Positions 36,166 through 43,092 of a stretch of DNA of 51,914 nt are shown here, piece after piece. This stretch comes from Spirochaetia bacterium. Its GTDB lineage: Bacteria; Spirochaetota; Spirochaetia; CADAEX01. Every line of letters starts with the position of its first letter. Positions within the stretch are counted from its first letter, which is position 1. Position numbers and translations under genes: made by a program. The notes below the pieces were generated by a model. It worked only from the letters and a program-made list of their open reading frames with translations. It was not told the origin of the DNA and made no database searches. Where the stretch lies: positions 1 through 51,914 of the forward strand of contig JAVBQS010000124.1 in assembly GCA_031548835.1 (NCBI GenBank), in the 5' to 3' direction.

Positions 36166-36531
36166 TCAGATATTTATAACTACATTTACATTTTTGTCAA
36201 AATAGCTTTTAAAATAAGACTTTACCTTATTTTCATATCCTTCTATTCCGCCAAAATCTTTGCTTTTTCCTGTAATTCTTATTTTATCATAAGATATTGC
36301 GGCAAAAGCTCCGCCATCTATTAAACCTCTATCAATATTATTTGCATCTGCAATATCTTTATGATATAGAGAACCTTCTCCATAGGTTTTTTCAAATCTT
36401 ACAAAAAGCTGGGGATCAAAAATTACTTTTCCCTGCGCAACAATGAATTTTATAAAAACTTCGCCTTTTTTTAAAGATTCATAATTTATTTTTAATGTCT
36501 TTTCTGCAAAATCTTTTATTGATATTCCCAT
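36166..36531 (-). CDS. Hypothetical protein (121 aa), probably co-transcribed with the ABC transporter
   Basis: The ORF is intact with a GGAG-type RBS (aaaggag) upstream. It starts 38 nt after the ATPase gene stop on the same strand. I recognise no family. Confidence 0.5.
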   Translation of the reverse strand: MGISIKDFAEKTLKINYESLKKGEVFIKFIVAQGKVIFDPQLFVRFEKTYGEGSLYHKDIADANNIDRGLIDGGAFAAISYDKIRITGKSKDFGGIEGYENKVKSYFKSYFDKNVNVVINI

Positions 36532-36569
36532 ATAAAATCTCCTTTGTTATAACAGAACAATATTATACC

Positions 36570-37316
36570 TTAGCGATTTAGCCTGGTTAGAAATGTTTTT
36601 GTCCTTTCCTGACTTGGGTTGTCTATAACATCTTTTGCAAAACCTTGTTCCACAAAAATGCCACAGTCCATAAAGAGCACCTTGTCTGCAACTTCCCGGG
36701 CAAATGGAATTTCGTGGGTTACTATAACCATTGTCATTTTTTCCGCAGCCAGGGAGCGAATTACTTTAAGAATATCACCTGTAAGTTCCGGGTCAAGAGC
36801 GCTGGTTGGTTCATCGAAAAAAAGAACTTCCGGGTCAAGGGCAAGCGCCCTGGCTATTGAGACCCGCTGCTGCTGTCCGCCTGATAATTCGCATGGATAA
36901 TTTTTTGCCTTGTCTGAAAGACCCATTTTTTCGAGAAGGACCAGCGCCTGTTTTTCAGCTTCATCCTTTTTTCTGCCCAGCACATGAATCTGGGCTTCTG
37001 TAATGTTTCGCATAACTGAAAAATGGGGAAACAGATTGAAGTTTTGAAATACAAGACCCATTTTAAGACATATTTCCCTAAGATGCTCTGCCCCGGCGTA
37101 AATGCCGTCCTTTACAAGGTCTTTACCTGCAATGGTAATGCTGCCTCCATCCACGAGTTCAAGGTGTGTAATACACCGGAGCAGGGTGGATTTTCCAGAG
37201 CCGGAAGGCCCTATGACAGCAACAACTTCCCCCTGGTTTACCATAAAAGAAATATTTTTTAAAACTTCCAGCTTTCCGAATGATTTTGAAATTCCAGATA
37301 CTTTGATTATTTCCAT
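36570..37316 (-). CDS. Polar amino-acid ABC transporter ATP-binding protein
   Basis: I prefer the start at 37316 (MEIIKVSGISKSFG), downstream of the permease stop. Walker A (GPSGSGKST), the signature LSGGQQQRVSIARAL and Walker B (LFFDEPTSALDPE) are present. Confidence 0.9.
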   Translation of the reverse strand: MEIIKVSGISKSFGKLEVLKNISFMVNQGEVVAVIGPSGSGKSTLLRCITHLELVDGGSITIAGKDLVKDGIYAGAEHLREICLKMGLVFQNFNLFPHFSVMRNITEAQIHVLGRKKDEAEKQALVLLEKMGLSDKAKNYPCELSGGQQQRVSIARALALDPEVLFFDEPTSALDPELTGDILKVIRSLAAEKMTMVIVTHEIPFAREVADKVLFMDCGIFVEQGFAKDVIDNPSQERTKTFLTRLNR

Positions 37317-37335
37317 TTGTTTTACCTCTTGCCCT

Positions 37336-38037
37336 CTAAGAATAATAGGCAAGTTTTTTCTCACACTTTGCAAACACTATTGTTACCAGCCAGTTCATAA
37401 AGAGGTAAAAAAGTCCTGCTATAAAGATGGGCATGGTAGAAAATTCCCTGGCTGAGGCAGTCCTTGCAACATGGAAAAGTTCTAATATGCCTATTACCTG
37501 GGCAAGAGCAGTATCTTTAACCAGAGTAATTACTTCGTTACCCGCAGCAGGGAGTATGCGTTTTATCATTTGCGGCATGATTATCCGCATAAAAGTCTGG
37601 GGTTGTGTAAAACCTAAAACTTTGGCAGCCTCGTACTGGCCTTTGGGAATTGACTCAATACCGCCGCGGTATATTTCAGCAAAGTATGCGGCATAGTTTA
37701 AGGTAAAAGCAATTATTGCTGCTGTAAAACGGTCATAAGAAAGCAAAAACTTTATACTGTTCCAGAAGGCAGGAGAATCAATATAACTTCCCAGTGTTTC
37801 ATTTAAAAACATCAAAAGATATTTGGGCGCAAAATAGATAAAGATAAGCTGCAGGATAAGGGGCGTTCCCCTCATTATAAGAATATAAAAACTAATAACA
37901 GCCTGAAGCGGCCGGTTTTTCGACATCTTTCCAAATGCAATCGGCAGCGCCAGAGGGAGGGAAAAAAGGAGAGTAAGAAAAAAAACCTCCAGGGAAACCG
38001 CAGCCCCCTGGAACATTATGCCGATCATTTTAAGCAT
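37336..38037 (-). CDS. Polar amino-acid ABC transporter permease (His/Glu/Gln/Arg type)
   Basis: The protein is polytopic and carries the EAA-loop motif (YEAAKVLGFTQPQTFMRIIMPQ). Confidence 0.88.
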   Translation of the reverse strand: MLKMIGIMFQGAAVSLEVFFLTLLFSLPLALPIAFGKMSKNRPLQAVISFYILIMRGTPLILQLIFIYFAPKYLLMFLNETLGSYIDSPAFWNSIKFLLSYDRFTAAIIAFTLNYAAYFAEIYRGGIESIPKGQYEAAKVLGFTQPQTFMRIIMPQMIKRILPAAGNEVITLVKDTALAQVIGILELFHVARTASAREFSTMPIFIAGLFYLFMNWLVTIVFAKCEKKLAYYS

Positions 38038-38051
38038 TGTATGCTCTTACT

Positions 38052-38870
38052 TTATTTAGCAATGGTGGAAATATCAGCTCCCAGCCAATGGGTGGAAATT
38101 TTTGCTATAGTCCCGTCTTTAGCCATATCCACAAGAGTTAACCAGACTTTGTCTGCCAGAGCTTTGTCATTTTTGCGGAACCCTATACCGAATTCTTCAT
38201 CTTCCAGAGTTTCTTTCAAGATGCGGAAAGGTTTACCGGAACGGTTGATATTGTCGTTTGCAACTACAAGATCGATAACCACAGCATCAATACCGCCTAC
38301 ATCCAGATCCATCAGCGCTGTAAGAAAGTCCTTGTACTCAACAATGTTTTTCAGGCTTTCTTTAAATTCAGGATCTCTGTCAATGGCTCCTACAGACGCT
38401 GAAGCAGCTTGTGTGCCTGCTGTTTTGCCTGCCAGATCCTTCATCGTATTTATTGGTGAATTCTCTTTTACTATAATTACCTGGGCATTTTTAAGATATG
38501 GGGGAGTAAAAAGCAGGTTTTTCTTCCTCTCTTCTGTAATTGTAAAACCGTTCCAGATACAATCGATCTCTCCTGTATTAAGTTCCTGCTCCTTGGCATT
38601 CCAGTCTATTGGCTGGAGAACCAATTCAACTCCCATACGTTTGGCTACTTCTTTTGCCAAATCCACATCATAACCAACAATTTCATTCTTCTCATTTCTG
38701 AAACCCATTGGAGGGAATGAATCATCAAGCCCCATAACCAGTTTTTTCTTATCCATGATACTTTTGAGGGAATTGTCTCCTGTCGCTGTATTTTTATCGC
38801 TTTTGCTGCATGCAAAAAACATTCCTGCTGTCAAAAAAGTACAAATTAATAGTATTATAATCTTTTTCAA
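38052..38870 (-). CDS. Amino-acid ABC transporter substrate-binding lipoprotein
   Basis: A lipobox is present (GMFFAC). Family-3 SBP features include GLDDSFPPMGF, GYDVDLAKEVAKRMG and IDCIWNGFTIT. Confidence 0.88.
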   Translation of the reverse strand: MKKIIILLICTFLTAGMFFACSKSDKNTATGDNSLKSIMDKKKLVMGLDDSFPPMGFRNEKNEIVGYDVDLAKEVAKRMGVELVLQPIDWNAKEQELNTGEIDCIWNGFTITEERKKNLLFTPPYLKNAQVIIVKENSPINTMKDLAGKTAGTQAASASVGAIDRDPEFKESLKNIVEYKDFLTALMDLDVGGIDAVVIDLVVANDNINRSGKPFRILKETLEDEEFGIGFRKNDKALADKVWLTLVDMAKDGTIAKISTHWLGADISTIAK

Positions 38871-39071
38871 AATTTCCTCCTGAAGTTGAATAAATCAGCG
38901 TTGTCCTAAGTAACCCTTACTCTAGCTAAATTATTGGCAAATGTAAACTTGCGTAGCTGGGAAGCTTGTAAATTAACAAAAAAAACTATTGCGGTATTAC
39001 TTTGACAACAAATTTGTGGCTATTATGGATATATCTGGTAATGTGTATTAAAAAAGGATAATCATAATAAT

Positions 39072-40019
39072 ATGATTCAGCAAAAAGATTTCTATAATTT
39101 TTTTGATAGATATATAGCGCGGAAAAGTTATTATTGCTTATATATATGCATATTATTCTTTTATCTCAGTTGTGCAAATAATTCTGCATTGCAGACACGC
39201 CATTCTGTAGAGAGTTTGGTTCCTGCCCAGCGCCTGGTATTTATCGGCCTTGACGGCTGGGGGGCAGCTTATGTTCAGGAAGCAGATATGCCTACGATAA
39301 AAAGAATGATCTCTGACGGCGCTTCAAGTATGAATGTAAAGGCTGTTATGCCCGCCATAAGCTGGCCAAACTGGTCTTCCCTGTTTTTTGGAGCATCACC
39401 GGAAGAGCGCACTGGTAAAAGTCAAAATAATGCGCCTGAAAACATAGTTGATGATTTTCCTTCTATATTTACTCTTGTAAAAAACAGTGAAACAGATGCT
39501 GGCTCCTCTCCTGTTCTTTTTTATGAATGGGAAGAGCTAAATAAACTATGTACAACAGAAACAGCAGAAAAAATAAAAATCAAATCCGATATTGATTCAG
39601 CCAAAAAAATCGCTGCTTATATTATAGAAAAAAAACCGCTCTTTACTGCCATTGTTTTTGATCAGCCTGATGGCGCCGGCCATTCTTCAGGCTGGGGTTC
39701 TTCTGCTTATTACTCAAAACTTAAAGAAATGGATGCTCTTGTTACCATTATTGAGCAGGCGGTAAAAGATGCGGGAATATATGATAGTACTGTATTTGTA
39801 ATTTCCTCAGATCATGGAGGTTTTGCCAAAGGGCATGGAGACAATATATTTACCCATCGCAATATTCCTCTGGTTATTTATGGGAAGGGTATAAAAAATG
39901 GATTTACTATTTCCGGCAAACTATCTATTTGCGACATAGCTCCAACCATGGCAGCAATACTTGGCCTTGAAAAACCACCTGAATGGACAGGAAGAAATTT
40001 ATCAAAAAATTTTAAGTAA
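39072..40019 (+). CDS. Alkaline-phosphatase-superfamily phosphodiesterase/nucleotide pyrophosphatase-like lipoprotein
   Basis: A lipobox is present (FYLSC). Metal-site motifs typical of type I phosphodiesterase/NPP are present: FIGLDGWG, SWPNWSS, DQPDGAGH and SSDHGG..GHG. Confidence 0.7.
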   Translation: MIQQKDFYNFFDRYIARKSYYCLYICILFFYLSCANNSALQTRHSVESLVPAQRLVFIGLDGWGAAYVQEADMPTIKRMISDGASSMNVKAVMPAISWPNWSSLFFGASPEERTGKSQNNAPENIVDDFPSIFTLVKNSETDAGSSPVLFYEWEELNKLCTTETAEKIKIKSDIDSAKKIAAYIIEKKPLFTAIVFDQPDGAGHSSGWGSSAYYSKLKEMDALVTIIEQAVKDAGIYDSTVFVISSDHGGFAKGHGDNIFTHRNIPLVIYGKGIKNGFTISGKLSICDIAPTMAAILGLEKPPEWTGRNLSKNFK

Positions 40020-40058
40020 AATAATTCCTGGACAAGTTACAAAACAAAATTAATTCTT

Positions 40059-40142
40059 TACCGGCGATCGGACTTGAACCGATACAGGGTTGCCCCCGGC
40101 AGATTTTGAGTCTGCTGCGTCTGCCAATTTCGCCACGCCGGC
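40059..40142 (-). tRNA. tRNA-Leu (anticodon CAA)
   Basis: The reverse complement reads gccggcgtggcgaaattggcagacgcagcagactcaaaatctgcc...ggttcaagtccgatcgccggta. The anticodon loop is ctcaaaa, the variable arm is long and the T-arm is atcgg-ttcaagt-ccgat. Confidence 0.88.
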
Positions 40143-40224
40143 GTTTAAAAAACCTGAAAGCTTCTTTCAGGCTTTTCTTTCTAAAACTAACGAGATATAT
40201 TGTATTTGTCAATAACAGTAAGAT

Positions 40225-41214
40225 ATGAATAAAATAGATAAATCTTTATATAAAAAGTGCACGCTTTGTCCAAGAAAATGCAGTGTTGACAGGCTTTCTG
40301 GCGGGAAAGGTTTTTGCAAAACAGGTTCCGATGCTGTTCTTGCCTGCGCTTTGCTCCACTATGGAGAAGAGCCTCCTGTAACAGGAAAGGGCGGCTCTGG
40401 GACTCTCTTTTTTTCAGGCTGCACTTTGAAGTGTAAATTCTGCCAGAACTATCAGCTAAGCAGGGAAATTCTTGGAGGCCGGGCAGACAGTAATCTTCTT
40501 TCAGATATAATGATTGCTCTTGAAAAAAAAGGAGCGGAAAACATAAATTTTGTTACAGCAACGCATTTTCTGCCTTCAATCGCAGAAGCTGTAATTATTG
40601 CAAAAGATAAAGGGCTTAAAATTCCGCTGCTCTGGAATAGTTCAGGATATGAAACAGAAGAAACAGTTGAAATGCTTCTTGAATTTATAGATATATTTTT
40701 GCCGGATATTAAAACTTTGGATCCCAATCTTTCAGACAGGCTTTTTAATGCTAAAAATTATCCGCAGTTTGCATCAAATGCTGTTTTAAAAATGGCCAAT
40801 GGAAAGAAAACAGATTTATCATTAATTGAAAAAGAAGGGATTATGAAAGAGGGTGTAATTGTAAGGCATCTTGTTCTTCCCGGAGAACTTGAAAACACCA
40901 GTCAATTTCTAAAATGGTTTTCTGAAAATATAAAAAATAAAGCAATACTTTCGCTAATGTTTCAGTATGAACCAATGCCTGGCCATGAAAAACCTGAACT
41001 CCCAGCAAGAAAAGTTTCAGAAAATGAAGTTGAAAAAGTTTATCAGCTTCTTGATAAATATGAAATTGATGATGGTTTTATTCAGGAGGTTGAAGAAGAT
41101 TCTCTCTGGACTCCTGATTTCAGAAATCCCATGCCATTTCCCGGCAGTAAGGAAAAGCCAATATGGCATAGCAACATGGATGTTGTATCCCGCGACGCAG
41201 CAGGGAGGCTGTAA
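40225..41214 (+). CDS. Radical SAM protein (pyruvate formate-lyase activase-like, PflX-type)
   Basis: The CxxxCxxC cluster (CTLKCKFCQNY) is preceded by an N-terminal Cys-rich segment (CTLCPRKCSVDR...GFC). The last 13 or so codons lie inside a repeat element. Confidence 0.8.
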   Translation: MNKIDKSLYKKCTLCPRKCSVDRLSGGKGFCKTGSDAVLACALLHYGEEPPVTGKGGSGTLFFSGCTLKCKFCQNYQLSREILGGRADSNLLSDIMIALEKKGAENINFVTATHFLPSIAEAVIIAKDKGLKIPLLWNSSGYETEETVEMLLEFIDIFLPDIKTLDPNLSDRLFNAKNYPQFASNAVLKMANGKKTDLSLIEKEGIMKEGVIVRHLVLPGELENTSQFLKWFSENIKNKAILSLMFQYEPMPGHEKPELPARKVSENEVEKVYQLLDKYEIDDGFIQEVEEDSLWTPDFRNPMPFPGSKEKPIWHSNMDVVSRDAAGRL

Positions 41215-41340
41215 TAAGCGCGGGATAGCAACAAAGATAGGCGAAGCTGCCTCGGGATTCCCTTCGGTCACCCTATCCCGTATACTGTATGGAACAAGAT
41301 TAAATTCGGATATAAATCTACGGGATACGCTACGCTATAA
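41176..41340. repeat. Second copy of the hairpin/AT-rich repeat family at a convergent gene junction
   Basis: It shares acatggatgttgt with 27051 and 27254, a 9-bp-arm hairpin tatcccgcg...cgcgggata, a gcgaagc motif, and ggaacaagattaaatt...ggat related to gaacaaaaataaatt...ggac. Confidence 0.65.
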
Positions 41341-42019
41341 TCGTGCCTTTAAACAGGTCTATTTTATCTTCAAGTATAAATTTAAGATTTTCAATATCTT
41401 TTCCTGCAGCAACAATAACTTTCATTTTTAATTCTGCTGCTTTGGCAGTTGCTATCGGGTCGAACGGCACATTTTTTCCAGGAATCCATTCAGTTCCTAC
41501 AATTTTTTTAAAATCTTCCCAGTTTATTTTATCAAGAGGAACAGCATTAGGATTTTTCTTTGGATCATCTGAATAAACTTTTGCTATATTTGAAAGATTT
41601 ATAACAGTATCTGCTTTAAATTTTTCGCCAAGTATTACAGCATCAAAATCTGTTGAAAATCCGGGCTTCCAGCCTGCTGCCACAAGAACCTGTCCTTTAA
41701 AACTTTTAACAGCTGTGGGATCTGTTGCTATATCATCCATACAGTAATTTAAAAATAACGCCTTGAGAAGTTCTCCATTAAGCCTTGTTGCAGCTATTCC
41801 TATCCAGTCCTGACTGTTGTTATCAGGAGAATCTGCAATTTCCCTGTATGCTTTCTGATAAACTCTTGCTGTTGAGCCGCCGCCTACAACAAATATAAGT
41901 TTTCTGTTTTTATCTTTATCAAGATAATCTTTTATAAGATTAAGGAATTTTTTAAGAAATTCTATGTCTACCTGATCAGGAACCACAATTGATCCCCCGA
42001 GTGATATTACTTTAACCAT
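41330..42019 (-). CDS. Archaeal-type UMP kinase (amino-acid kinase family)
   Basis: I prefer the start at 42019 (MVKVISLGGSIVVPDQVDIEFLKKF). VVGGGSTARVY, IGIAATRLNGELL, VYSDDPKKNP and the terminal GTIIA closely follow the pattern I recall for archaeal PyrH (IGGSVLVPE..., VVGGGKLARKY, ...GTTIEP). Confidence 0.7.
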   Translation of the reverse strand: MVKVISLGGSIVVPDQVDIEFLKKFLNLIKDYLDKDKNRKLIFVVGGGSTARVYQKAYREIADSPDNNSQDWIGIAATRLNGELLKALFLNYCMDDIATDPTAVKSFKGQVLVAAGWKPGFSTDFDAVILGEKFKADTVINLSNIAKVYSDDPKKNPNAVPLDKINWEDFKKIVGTEWIPGKNVPFDPIATAKAAELKMKVIVAAGKDIENLKFILEDKIDLFKGTIIA

Positions 42020-42142
42020 AAAGTAAATATATATGTAAGCTTGTAAAGCATCAATGTATAAAAACACTTTACTTTTTAAACTTTTATAAATAAATTTAGG
42101 AGAAGCCTATATTTATAAGCTGTCATATTAGGCAGGTAGGAA

Positions 42143-42883
42143 GTGTCGCAGGATATATCAAATATTCTCAATGAATGGGAATATGAAGAAGGAAAAAACA
42201 TAAGAATAATTCATACAGACTCAGGCAGGGATGTTATCCAGGTAAGGGAAACAATGGGAATAAGCCAGTGTGAACTTGATGGAAGGCCGGATGGTAAAAA
42301 TATACCTTGTTTCAGCACTTTTCTTGAATTAATTCTTTCCAGGGAAAAAAAAGAAAAATGTAGTTTTTACTTATCCTGTGAAGATATAAAAAACCTTGAG
42401 TCTGAAAACAAGCTTTTCTATTACAGATATTTGCTCTGTTTTCAGATAAATGATTATGCCCGTGTTGTTAGAGATACAGAACATAATCTTGCAATATGCA
42501 GAATAATTGATCTTTATTGTGATAGTAAAGATGTAAGAACAAATGTTCTTCAATACAAACCTTTTCTTGTAAAAATGAATGCAATTTCCAGGGCAATGAT
42601 TTCACTGCAAAAAAATATAAAAATTCTTGCAAAACAGATACTGGAATCAGCAGTAATCACTTTGCGTTCAATGCCTGAAATAAACAGTTCTGTTTTTATT
42701 TTGGAAAAATCGCGTTCTATAGATTATCTTGAAAGCGCTATAAAACATCTTGATGCTGAAAAAAAATGCTTTACTGTTGATGTGCTTTTAAGAGAACTTG
42801 ACTCTGCAGTTGCATTGGAAAATTATGAAAAAGCAGCAGAGCTCAGAGATAAAATCAAAGAATTGTCTAAAAGAACAGAATAG
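42143..42883 (+). CDS. UvrB/UvrC-motif (UVR) domain-containing protein
   Basis: GTG start. The C-terminal UVR motif is LDSAVALENYEKAAELRDKIKEL. The remainder is of unknown function. Confidence 0.6.
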   Translation: MSQDISNILNEWEYEEGKNIRIIHTDSGRDVIQVRETMGISQCELDGRPDGKNIPCFSTFLELILSREKKEKCSFYLSCEDIKNLESENKLFYYRYLLCFQINDYARVVRDTEHNLAICRIIDLYCDSKDVRTNVLQYKPFLVKMNAISRAMISLQKNIKILAKQILESAVITLRSMPEINSSVFILEKSRSIDYLESAIKHLDAEKKCFTVDVLLRELDSAVALENYEKAAELRDKIKELSKRTE

Positions 42884-42903
42884 AATATAATTACAGAATT
42901 AGC

Positions 42904-43044
42904 TTTTATGGAGCTGTCTAATAAGTTTTATGAATAATTTTTTATTCAGTATTTACACATAAAAATACAAACTATTTTTCAGTAGATTTGAATTTTTATG
43001 CAAAATAATTCAAAAACTTATTCTTATTAGACAGCTCCATAAAA
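42904..43044. repeat. Perfect 22-bp inverted repeat enclosing 97 bp
   Basis: ttttatggagctgtctaataag (42904-42925) is the exact reverse complement of cttattagacagctccataaaa (43023-43044). The interior contains two further 7-bp hairpins (tgaataa/ttattca and ttgaatt/aattcaa). Confidence 0.85.
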
Positions 43045-43092
43045 TTTTCAGCAATTAAGATATTATGAAGATATACAGAAAATAGGAGATTT

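Noticed and set aside
38041-38673. A 210-aa ORF on the + strand
   Set aside because: It is antisense to the substrate-binding protein gene, is Ser-rich and has no recognisable features. It is a shadow ORF. The same applies to 36619-37455 and 37427-37696, which lie opposite the ABC ATPase and permease genes.
40012-40212. A 66-aa ORF on the - strand
   Set aside because: It overlaps tRNA-Leu(CAA) on the same strand. The Arg/Gly-rich translation is a by-product of the tRNA sequence.
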